Assembly (NCBI RefSeq): GCF_016433145.1
Contig: NC_058135.1
Coordinates: 271,151,307-271,215,306 of the forward strand
DNA from: Gracilinanus agilis
Lineage: Eukaryota
DNA: 64,000 nt
Direction of reading: 5' to 3'
Part shown: in pieces, positions 12,201 through 24,200 of the stretch
How positions within the stretch are numbered: the stretch's first letter is position 1
How the letters are laid out: each line of letters starts with the position of its first letter
Translations under genes and position numbers: made by a program
The notes under the pieces: model-generated
The model's input: the letters and a program-made list of their open reading frames with translations, nothing else
Database searches by the model: none
Told to the model about the DNA's origin: nothing

Positions 12201-15200
12201 AGACCTTGGAAAGAAACATTAGAATAGGTTAGAGTAATACTGGTATATTGACTATACACACACCTATCTGAAGGCTGTCAGAGACCACCAAGAGAGCAAT
12301 ATAAAGGGATCTATAGTAAACTAAAGGTACTTTGAACTATGGCTTTTGAAATTGGAGGGCGAGGGGACTGGAGATGGTGGGAAGTTGGGCCAAAGAGGCT
12401 ATCTATCCTGACATCAAGGACCAAGAATTTACTCTTTGAAATTGAAGCAACGTTGTAGAGGAAGATGGATTCCCCTGACACAGGAATAACTCAAGTGCCC
12501 GTAGGCCAAAGTGCTTTCTTCACATCAACCCTAGAAGGTTGGTGGGCCCAGAGTACTGAATCCCTCTTTATGCATGGGAAAACTGAGCCACAGAGGTGAA
12601 GTGACTTGCCCCAGGTCACCTAGTTCATTGGATCTTCCCATTCAGGACCAGAGTTCTTTTCATGTCCTGAGGTTGCTCCTTGGCCATGTCTGCCATCTTA
12701 TTGCGGGAGGTGGGGGAGAGGGGACAGGGTGAGATGGGAAGTGGATGGGCTCTGTATGCCTTGGGCCTTGTGCTCATTCACTCCTTGGTGGAGAGCTCTC
12801 TCCTAGTCACATCCTCAGGGTCCTAACCCTTCAACCAGCAACTCCTCAGCTCAGGTTGGAGTTCTCTGGGTTGGTGTCTTAATCAGTCCCTTCTTTGAAC
12901 TCCTAGAGAGAAGGAATATTTCTTACCAAAGCTTTATGTCTTTTTCCCACCATCCCTTGCCCTGCTCATCTCCTAACCTAGGACAGCATTCAACACACAG
13001 TAGGCTTAATAAATGCTTGTTTTCTTCACTGCTCCCTGTCCTGTGTTTTTAGACCAGAACGTAGGCAGATCTTCAGCAAAGCTAGCCTTGTGCCAGGGTC
13101 AGTGGGATGTGTAAGAAGTGCACAAGCAATGAGAACTGACATTAATAGAGCTCTTTAAGATTTGCCCAGTTGAGTTCACACTAGGCCTAAGAGGTAAGTT
13201 GTTTCCTCTAGGTCAGTGATTCCCAAAGTGGGTGCCACTGCCCCCTGGGGGGGTGCTGCAGCAATCCAGGGAGCGGTGATGGCCACAGGTGCATTTATCT
13301 TTCCCATTAATTACTATTAAAATGAAAAAAAATTAATTTCCAGGGGACTAAGTAATATTTTTTCTGGAAAGGGGGTGGTAGGCCAAAAAAGTTTGGGAAC
13401 CACTGCTCTAGGCGGTATGATTATTTACTTTTTTTTTAAATAAATGAGGAGAATATGGTTCAGAAGTTTGATGATATGCCCATAGTCACAGAATTAATAA
13501 ATGTTAGAGGTTCAGTTTCCATCCATGTTTCTCAACTCTTTTTATATGTCACATCATCTTTCCTAAAACCCTGCCCTCCAAGAGTTACCATATGAGGGGA
13601 GAGAGTAGCATAGAAAGCTAACAAAAATGTGTCCAATTAATGGTACAAACAATACATGCTCCTAGGATTTAGAAGAGGGACAGATCTCATGGACTGAGCT
13701 AGTTGGGAAAGACATCAAAGAAGAGGTTGGACTTGAACTTGGCCTTAAAGATTGAAAAATCTGGATCCATGAAAGCCCTGCCTGCTCAGTATAGAAAATG
13801 GCCTGAGCAAAGAAGACAAACGAGTTCAGATCTTTCTGGGAGAAAGTGGAGAGCAGAAAAAAAAGAAAAGGAAGTTGGGTCAAATCATGGAGGGCCTGGA
13901 GTACCATCCTAAGCAGTTTGGACATTTTCCTGTTAGTCTCCGAGTACTATAGAGTCAGGATAGTAATAAATGAAATAGCTCCTGTGGGATGAATGATCAG
14001 CTCTGGGCAGATGATGATCAGATCTCTGGTACGCAGCCAGCACATCCTCTCTTCTGAGTTCCAGGCCTACATCACCAACTAACTACCTTCAGAAAATCTC
14101 AAACCGGATGTCCTACAGGCATCACAACTCAGCATGTCCAAAGTAGAAATCCTTTAGTTTGCCCCCCTCCCCCACCCTCCCCTCTTCCCATCTTTCCTGT
14201 TATGGTGAGGGCATTACCCAGGCTAGAAACTTTGGGGTCATTGTCAGCCCCTCCCTCCCTCAAACTCCCCATGTCTGATCTGTCTTTATGCCATCTCTCA
14301 CATATATCACCTTTGCTCATATAGCCACTGATCTCAGCCCATCTTGCTAATTAATAATAGCTAGCATTGATAGTAGCATTTTTAAAAAATTCTTACCTTC
14401 TGTCTTAGAATCAGTACTGTGTATTGTTCCGAGGTAGAAGAGTGGTAAGGGCTAGGCAGTGGGGGTTAAGGGACTTGCCCAGGGTCACACAGCTAGGAAT
14501 GGTCTGAGGTGATATTTGAACCCAAGACTTCCCATCTCTAGGCCTGGCTCTCTATCCACTGAGCCACATAGCTGCCCCTGACATAGCATTTTAAAGTTTG
14601 CACCATGCTTTACAAATATGATCTAATTTTATCCCTACAACAGTCCTGGGAATAGGGGCTATTATTTTTCCGGAGGGATATACTGAGGGAGGGAGTGGTT
14701 AAGTGACTTGCCCAGGGTCACACAGCTACTAAGTGTCTGAAGCTGGATTTAGATCTTCCTGACTCAAGGTGCAAAATTCTCAACTCATTCTTTTAGCTAC
14801 TTAAATGATTTGCCTAAAGTTCTCATCTGATTGTAAACTCCAGTGGTACCCTGAATCCTTTTGGATCAAATATGAACCTCCCTGTTTGGCATTTCAAGCC
14901 CCTCCTTCCTCTCCAGCCTGACTCCTTCTTCCCTTTTCCATCTTCTTCCTTGCCCCTCTGCATGAAGCCTGGTTCAGCTCCACTGGCCTCCTGGCTGTTC
15001 ATTTCTTGTGGCACCTCATCTCCAGTTCCTGGCTTCCTTCAGGTCTGCTCCAATCCCACTTTCTAAAGGAGGCCTTTCCCAGACCCCTCAGCTGCTAATG
15101 CCTTCCCTCTGAAATTACCTTCCCCTGAGATTGTCTATATTTTATATCCCCCATTAGAATGGGACTCACAGGAAACCCTTGTTGGCTGACCGAGTGAGTG

Positions 15201-18200
15201 CTCTGCTGCCCTGTCAGAGGTTCCTTCGTGTCTTTGGCTTAGTATCTGTCTTTGTGGCAGAAGCAGCTAGGTTGAGTGCAAGCTTTACCATTTACTTACT
15301 GTGTGACCTTTAGCAAATCATTTGGCCTCCTTGAATGTCAGTCCCTTAATCTGTAGAATGGGTACAGCAGCAACTCACATTCTTTATCTCAAAAGAGCTG
15401 TTGTAAGAAAAGCACTTTGTTAACTGAATTGCCAGACGTAGGAACTGCTGGCATCACTTGGGGGAAGGAATGAGTGGCAGGAGCAGGTAGGGGCACTAGG
15501 GAGCACTTGTTGAGAATGGCATCCTGGTAGAGGGCTCAGGAAGCAGCTTCTGAGTTAGGCTTAAGTCCCTTCTCTGATACCTCCTGGCTGTGGGACCCGG
15601 AGCACGGCATCTGGCCTCTCTGTGGGATTGGCTTGCAGAGAAGGTCCCCATCTGTATTGGTAGAGGGAGACCTTTATTGTGAGTGGATGCGGGTGCAGGT
15701 CTGGGCAAAAATGAACACAAACCCCCAGAGAGAATACGGTCTCTAGCTGTGAGCTCTCGTGAAGTTCACCCAGCTTTGGGGGGTCCTCTCCCAAGTGCGA
15801 GAGCTCTTCCGTGTTCTCCTGCAGGGAGGGCAAGAAAGCAGATTCTCCTCTAGGAGACCCCCGTTAGCTCGGTGTGGGGAGGGCCAAGGGCAGAGAAATA
15901 TTGGCCAGTGGCTCTCCCAAACTCCCTGTGCCCCACTTCCATGGAAGCCCTGGATCTGGGTCTGGTACAAGAGTTGGGGCGCAGCTGGAGCAGGCCAGGG
16001 AGCAGGGCCCCGGACGAGGAGAGATGCCCTTTCCTGAGAACATGAGTAACCCGAAGACACTTTTCTTTGGAAGAGCTGAATAAGTGAGAAGGAAGGGGAG
16101 GTCTGTGTGTCTGTCTGTCGATCTGCCCATCTGGATGGGTGAGCAGGGAGGAGAGGCTTGTGTGTGTGCGTGTGTGTGCGTGTGGGGGGCTGGGAGCCAC
16201 CCCTACGGGGAGGAAGTGCAGTTGGTTACCAATGGGTTATTTTCATAACGGCTGTCTTGGGCTGGGGAGAGGGGGAAGGAGGGGGAAGAGGTGCCGAGGG
16301 GGCGGAGAGTAGGGCAGCTCGGCTCCAAACTAGGACTTGCTGTGAGAGGTCTGCTGCCCGGAGCCCCACGGCTTGCCTGCGGGAACCGAGCCCCTGCCTG
16401 CTGCTTTCTCTGCCTTCAGATCAGGTCAAAAGGGGACTCGGGCCTTTCCTCCCTCTCCCCTCTCCCCCCACCCCCGTCTGTATCCGTTTGTGTGGGGCCT
16501 CCTAGCCTGGCTTGGGTGGGGTGGGGGGCACCGGGCACAGGGCATGTGAGGTGGGGAAGGTTTCAGGCATTACGCCAGGGAGAGCCTGTGACACTCTCAG
16601 CCTAGCTGTAACTGTTGAAAAAGGAAGGGACTCTGAGCCCCCGTCTGAAAGAGCCATCCCCGATGGAGGTAAATATTAACCCAGCCGACAACTCCCTTCC
16701 TCTCTGCCCATAGCCTTGCCACCCATCCTGTTGCCCTGCCAGCTCCCTAATGTCCACTGGTTTGCTCACTGGCAAGCTATTTCCTAGTGAAATTAGACTT
16801 TGGGGTAAGGAGAGGTGATTTTTTCCTCCCTTCCACCCCGTGACCACACCAGTCCTGGGGACTGATCAGGAGGCCTGTGGACTCTGCTGTGGCTTTCTTC
16901 CTTCTGGGCTCCAGGAGATGAATGCTCTCCCAAGAGAAGAAGGTCTGTGCCCTGTCCTCTAAGGTCCCTCTGGGGGGTCGGCCATTTGTGCTCCTCTAAG
17001 GTCATGAATCAGGAGCTGGACTGCCCCAATCCTTTAAGTTGGTCCTTCTGTGACCTTAGACAAAGCCTTTACCTTTGGGGGCTTCAGTTTTCTTGTATGT
17101 AGAATGAGCCATTAGAGCCCATGATCTCCAAGGCCCCTTTCAGTTCTGAGTCCCATAATGTCTTCCTCTCCTCTGTCCTGGCCTCTCCCAACCTTCCACC
17201 GAAGGCCCAACAGCTGGAAGTTGGCTTATAGCGTCCCCAGGGGCTGCAGTAAGCCTCTTCCTTTGGGATTGAGGCTGCGGGAAGAAGGGCAGTTGCCTGA
17301 GAAGGAATAAGGGAAGTCTCTTTGGGGATTTATGCTCCGGCTCCACTTAGGACCTCCATCCTATAAAGATTAATCTTAACCATTAGAATTTAAAAAAAAA
17401 CATCAAACAAACAAACAAAAAAACCCCAGAACCATCTGAAGATGGAACGTCTCCACCTCAAGTAGCAGACGCTCTCTAGAATGTCATAGACTGTTACCGC
17501 ATCCAATGGGAGGTTGGACTAAATGACCCAAAGCCCCCTTTAAGTCCCAGATCTAGAGGATTGGGGGCAGCCGGGAGACTTGAAGAGAATTGGCTGGGGG
17601 CAATGCATGGTCAGCTACAGAAATGGATACTTTGGGGCATGAGCAAATACCCAGGTGGCCCAGGCTGCCAAGCCTTCTTCCTCATGTGGTGGGTTGTGGC
17701 TGCCCCTCATATTCACACTTCCCTTTCCTTCTTCCCTGTCCTTCCCTGACTTGAGGGGAAAGCCCAGGAGATAGCAGAGACCTCTGGGCATTGTCAAGAG
17801 AGAGCCTCCAGATGCTGGCTTCTGGGCATACTGAATGGGACCTTTGAGCTTCTCCCCAGCTCAGAATCCCAAGTGAGAGGCATGTATTCTATTGGCCAGG
17901 GAATCAGAAGGAGTTATCCTGGAGATTATGGCCATGGAATGAGACCTTGATGAGGTCTTTCCAGCCTCCAAACTGTTATTTATCCAGTGAGCCAGTCAGA
18001 GGGAGGACCGAGGAGCCCTACTCCTCAGCCTCCTTTCTTTCTGGCTGGGATCTCTGGCCAGCTCTGCCATTCTTCCTCCAGGTCCTGGGGGTAGAGGTGG
18101 GGAAATGAGGCCAACCATCACCTCCCCTTTCTATAAGTGGCCCAGTCCATCTCTAGCTCTGCTTGGTCTGTGCAGTGTCTTGGGTTACACCCCTGTTAGG

Positions 18201-21200
18201 TCCACAGAAAATCAAAGAGATGTGTCACCCTTGCAGCCTTTGTCCTCCCCCCTTGCTCTCAGGCTGTGGGGCCCACACACTGTCTGGGTTCCCACAGCCT
18301 CAGGAGCCTTGTGACCTTTCCACAGCAGACATAAGGCAGAAAGGTGAGAGGGCCTGGGCCGAGAATGGGACCTGCACTGAGTTCTGCCCAGCATCATGGC
18401 AAGAAGGGGGCCCCTGGGCAGTGGTCTGGGGAGAAGGCTCCAGCTAGAAAGGAAGCTGAGCCTGAGCTAACTGAACAAGGGACAGGAGCTTCTATGGTGA
18501 CCAGGGGGGAACCCAAGGTCCCTGTGCTTGTGAGGGCAGCTTGCTTCTAGCAGGGCTCCAACCCTCCTGTCCCCTCCTAAGAAAAATTCAGCCCTTGGGG
18601 AAGTCATTGTCCTAGGCCCCATTACTGCCAGATGATTTTTATTGGGCCATGTTCTACCCTAGAGTGGCTGGGAGCCTTATGTGTAACAACAAAGGCATCA
18701 GTCAGGGAGCAGTTGCCAACAGAATGGGGGGCAGGGAGGGTGGGCATCTCAGCTACCAGTTGTGGTCCTATCAGCCAGGCCCTCCCAAGCATTCATTACA
18801 CACCAGGCCCTGACACGGACACAAGCTCCAGAGCTGCCAGGCCACTCTGATCATTTTTGTGACCCAGGGTTTAGACACTGCCGACACTGCCCTCGGGTCT
18901 GTCCCCCAGCTCCCACCCCCAGGTCCCTCCCATGGACGGGGGCCTTTGTTTTCTGGTGACACTAGCATCAGGCGGTGTGTCAGGGTGACTAATCTCCTCC
19001 AGCCTGGGCAGCTGTCACAGGACAGCCCGGCCAGGGGAAAACTGACACCCCATGGGAGAGCCTGAGGATAGTAGCATGGAGCTGCCAGCCTGACAGGTGG
19101 GAAGGGGAAGGGTGATAGAGCAAGGAGCTCCGAGCTGCAGAGAAGGGCCCTGGGCTCAGAGTGCCTAGGCAGAGCCGTGTTTGGCAGCGACTCAGTGGCC
19201 CTCCAAGAGCCGGGCCTAGGAAGGAGTGGCTAAACACATACCAAGGGCAAAGCCCTGGCCTTGGAAACCTCACGGAGCCCCCTGGCCTCAGCGAGCCGCA
19301 GTCTGACCTCCCCAGGAAGGCAGACTGGAAGAGGAACAGAGCAAAGATGAAGGCAGCCGGCCAGGACCATAGTTTGGGCCTAGTTGGGTAGCCCAGAGGA
19401 CCCGAATTTAAACCCTGCTTCAGATGCATGTTAGTTATGTTCACCTCTGCCTGCCTGTTTTCTCATCTACAAAATGGAACTGATAATAGCACACACTTCA
19501 CAGCATTGATGGGATGCTCAAATAAGACCTTCTAGTCCAGGGGTCGGCAACCTTTTTGGCCGTGAGAGCCATAAACGCCACATTTTTAAAAATGTCATTT
19601 CGTGAGAGCCGTACAGTGCTCACAGTGCCGCTCTTGTAACAGCGCCTGAAAAAAATGGACTTTATGGCTCCTGCAGAAAAAGCCATACGTTGCCGACCCC
19701 TGTTCTAGTCTGTATAAATGCAGCCTTTATAGATTTTATAAAATCTAAGAAAATCCTTGGAGGGAGAGTACTTTGAGTAGGAAGAGGGAAGGAAGAAAGA
19801 GGTGGCCCCTGGGGCAGGTAGGTGGCTTAGGGGATAGAGCACCAGGCCCAGAGATGTGAAGTCCTGGGTTCAAATCTGGTTTCAGACACTTCTAGCTGTG
19901 TGATCCTGGGCAAGTGACTTAACCCCTGCTGCCTAGCCCTTGCCGCTCTCCTGCCTTGGGACCAATACTTAGTATTGATTCTAAGACAGAAGGTGAGAGA
20001 AAGGGGGGAAAGAGAGCGAGAGCCCCCAAGCTGGGCCTGGAAGGTAGAAAAGAGGTTTTGCAGATGGAGGTATTCTCAGCTTAGGGAGTGACCTGACCAA
20101 ATGCCTGGGGCAGCCATCATTCACTGAACATTGACTAGGCCCATCTGGGAGCCAAGCCCAAGAAAAAAGGAGCAGCCCCTTCTCTCCAGCAGCTTACAGC
20201 CTAGTGGGAGACTCGAGTGTATGTAAACAGTGGCTGAGGCAGGTCTGAAGCGGACACAAGGCTACAGCAGCAGCTGGAGGGCCGGAGACTGTGTCTGAGC
20301 TCAGCTCGAAGGGGCTGCTGCGGTGAGACTGCAACAGGGGAGGCTGCCACCAGTCCAGAAGTGGGAGCCAGAGGGTTGGCGTGAAGAACAGTGTGGGCAG
20401 GGGAGCTGGGTCAGAAGGGTAGGATGGGGCCTGGGTGTGAAGAGCTTCAGAGGCCAGATGAGGACTTCCTATCTGATTGTAGGAAGCCATTGGAGGTTGA
20501 GGCTCGGGATGGTCCCGCCACACAGTGGCAACTGAATGGAAGATAGATTGGAGTGGAAAGACCTTAGAGGCCAGGGAGACCACTGAGGAGGCTCTGGCAG
20601 TAGTCCAGTATAGAAGCCTGAACGAGATGGGAACATCTGGGAGAGAGATTGTGGAGACAGGGCAAGATGGGGTAACTGGTTGGCTAGTTGGGGTGAAGGA
20701 GACACCGAGGTTTGGAAACCTGGTTCCCAGAGGCTGATGAGATCCTCTGGAGTCACTGGGAAGGTGGGAGGAAGAGATAGGTTTGAGGGGAAGGATTGTG
20801 ACTTGTGTTTGGAGGACTTTCTGATGATCTGGTGATGCCACAAGACATCCGTTTTGAAGCGGCCCAAAGATAGTTGGTGATGCAAGAGGAGCTCATGAGA
20901 GAGATTAGAGATGATTTTACAGATCTGAGAATGATCTGATCAAGGGAAAGGATGGACAGAGAAAAAGGAAGAGGGCCCAATATCGGCCAGAACCGAGGAG
21001 CCCGGAAAGGGCACTTCTGTCCGATATTCGGCCCTCTTCCTTTTTCTCTGTCCTCAGCCTCTCCCTGGAGTCATGCTTCCAGGCTGGAGAGTCTGCTGTA
21101 TGGAGACCAGTCCCACCGCTGTCCCCTTCCTAGTGCCAGCTCCTGTCCACTCTGTAAGGGGGAAAAGAGGGGTTTTGGTTGACTATTAAAGGTCGCCTGG

Positions 21201-24200
21201 GGATGGAACAATGACCACTTCCAAATTAAAGAATAACCTCAAGTCAGAATAACTTTCAAGGAAGTTTATTTACAAAATATAGGAGAGAGCGGAAGCAGGG
21301 AGATGAGAAGAGGGTAGAGTAAGAGATTTGCATTCAAGTCTGGGCTTTACTCCGGCAGGGCTCCAGAGGCCCAGCCAGAGCCCAAAAGTCAATTAACAAG
21401 GGTTTAGCCACAAGGGCTTCTCCCAAACGAGGGAGCCTCCTGGGAGGTTAGAGTCAGCCTTCTTCCCTCACCACTTGTAGTTCTAAGAGAGACTTAAGAG
21501 CCGCTTCACCAAGGTCTCGGGGTCCCAGGCGCAGGTCACTAACCAGAAGCCTCCTTCAACCCCCCAAAGAATGGCACCGGGCAGGAAGCAAGCCTAGGGG
21601 CCTGTGTGATGGTAGGGAGGAAGGTGGCCTCTTCTCTCACTGGGCTGGGCCAGCTTAAGGAAGGGGGGAACTTCTGGGAAAGGGACTTTTTATCACCCCT
21701 TAACCCTTGGAGCTGGCTGACTACCTTATGTGGGGAAGTTGTCCCAGTTGGGCTGATTCTGGGAGAGTTCTTTTCTTTCGCCTGTGGAGGCTGGAAGGCA
21801 TTGTTAGGAAAGAATGGCTGCATTAATAATAGGAGCTGGTACTTCCCCAGCTCCTTTCTTCCGGGGAGCTCAAAGCACCTTATAAATAGTCTCATTCACA
21901 TAAGCTTCTTCCCTCAGGTAATTCCCAAGAACTGACCTTAAGAAGGGGCAGCTGGAGCATTTGTTCTCTCTACCCTGGTCGGGCAACTTTGACTGCCAGC
22001 CATCTCCCTCCTCCCCTGCCCCCCAAGTGCTAGTGAAAATGGGCAGACTGCCGCAGTGCAAGGGGAGGCCCATGGCTGGATACAGCAGCGAGTTGGAGGA
22101 TGCGGACCCCAGGCTTCCCCCAGTATCTCTTTCAGGGCCTCATTTGCTGGCCTTTTCACCTTCCTCTGAGTCCCATACCCTGGGGACATTACAAAATCAG
22201 TGTGCAGGGTACCAGCCAGAAAAGAGAGAAGTAGCAGCTTCCCCTGCCCCGCCTCCAGGCAGCCTGCCTGGTCTTGTTGCCCTCTCTCCTTGCCTGGGCT
22301 TTGCCCTGGTGCCCTTTCCCATGGATACCTGTGGCCAAATCCTTGGGTCGTCTGGCCGCTGTTCCCTTGGGACTCGTCTTTCCTCCTGGCTGGCACCTGC
22401 CAGTGAAGCATCCATGAATCCCCTCTCCCCCTTAAAGGAGGTGCCCATGGAGACAGCCCTCTGGGTCATGTCTTCAGTATATACCCTGCCAGGACCAATG
22501 ACAAGACTGTGAGAGAAGTCAACTACCTCTGGGGCCCAGATTCTATTTGATCCTCTCCTGTGACTCAGTGGCCTGTGAAATGGGTTTGAGGGGTTTGGAA
22601 CACCCGTGTTATTCTTCCCATCTAAGGGTGTTAGAGATCATTGGGCCTAAAACAGGCCCTGGAAGATCTCTTGTCTGCTTCTCTCACTTTACAGAAGGGG
22701 AAACTGAACCCTAGAGAGCTCTTGTGATTGGCTCAAGACCCACAGATAATGGACCAAGAATGGGGAAGAGAAGGGAAGGGTTGGGATGAAGTCTTTATTA
22801 AGTCCTGACCATGTCCTAGGCACTGTACTAAGGGCTTTTTTTTTTAAACCTTACCCTCTCTCTTAGTATCAGTTCTAAGACAGAAGAGTAGTAATAAGAG
22901 CTAGACAGTTGGGGTTAGGTGACTTGCCCAGGGTCACTCACACGAGGGAACATCTGAGACCAGATCTGAATCTAGATCCTCCTGTTTCCAGGCCTGGCAC
23001 TTTCTAGACACTGTGCTAGCCAGCTGCTACCAAACACTTAATCGGGATGATCTCGTCTGTCTCCTTGGCCCTTCTCATATTCCTTTCTTGTAGCCCATTG
23101 CTCTCACTCCCCCATTCTTTGTGGGATATGGCATCTGAACTTGGAGGAGATTGAGTGGAAGCCCACAGGCCTCTTCCCTTCCATGCCCTCCTTGGTCAAG
23201 GGCAGAGGTTTGAAGTCTTCCCCTTGCCTTGGTGGGAGGCAGGCAGCCAGAGGACCCCACCGGTTCCATTTGGAATTTCCCAGCCCCATCTTTCCCAGCT
23301 GACCGTGGGGCTGTCCTCAGCAGCCTCTTCCCTGGGCAGGCTGGTAGCACTCACACTTGGTCTCCCCTCTAGCACGATCCTGTGGCCCCCCAGCACTCCA
23401 CTTCTCCCCCCCACCCCAGAGGTCGAGAGCACACGCACCATCCAACCCAGAGCGCTTGGGAGAGGCCAAGGGGGCTCTTAGCTGGAGGTCAGCTGGGATC
23501 GCTGTGGCATCCCGCACCTGGCCCTACCTTAGTGTCCACTGCTGTGTGCCCGGATGTGGGGAAGGCCCCGATGCTGGGCTGAGGAGAGGAGAGGGACAGC
23601 AGTCTGACCCCAGCCACTGACGGCTGGTTTCTGTGCCCACAGCTGCCGCGCCCACAATGGAGACTTTCTTTAGGAGACACTTCAGGAGGAAGGGGCCAAG
23701 GGCAGGCCTCAGTGGGCAGCGGAGGGGGAGCGGGGTGGCCCTTCCCACGGGCAAGGTCCGACGTCGATCCCCAGCCGGCCAGCCTTCCTCCTCTCTGACT
23801 CAGCAGCGAAGGTCCAGTTCGCAGCTCCAGGGCTGCCTTCTTAGCTGTGGGGTGGGGGCCTCCCGTCGCCGCTCCAGCACCGTACTGCCAAGCCACAACC
23901 CCCGCTTGACTGTGGTGCCAGACCCGTCCCAGAGACTGGCCCAGGCCGCTAGCGAAACTCACCTCCTGGGGACCCCCATGTTCCTCTCTGACCTCCTGGG
24001 GAAGAATGAAGAAACGGAGGAAGAGACGGGGCTTCCTGGGCTAAGGACTCCTCGGGCAGGTGGCAAGGAGCTGGCTGCCCCCGGCCCTCAGCACCCGGGC
24101 AACAGGCCCCGGCTCCACGTGCCCCGCTGTCTGCGGCGCCGCCAAAATTCTTCCCACCTGCTCCCCACCGACGTGATGTATGAGCGGACCATCTGGGGCC

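Noticed and set aside
12060-12560. AT-richer unique-looking segment as a possible processed pseudogene
   Set aside because: The plus-strand frames I translated were interrupted by stops with no recognisable protein; no poly(A) tail or TSD seen.
20194-20841. 215-aa minus-strand ORF
   Set aside because: Best explained as decayed L2 ORF2 sequence rather than a gene.
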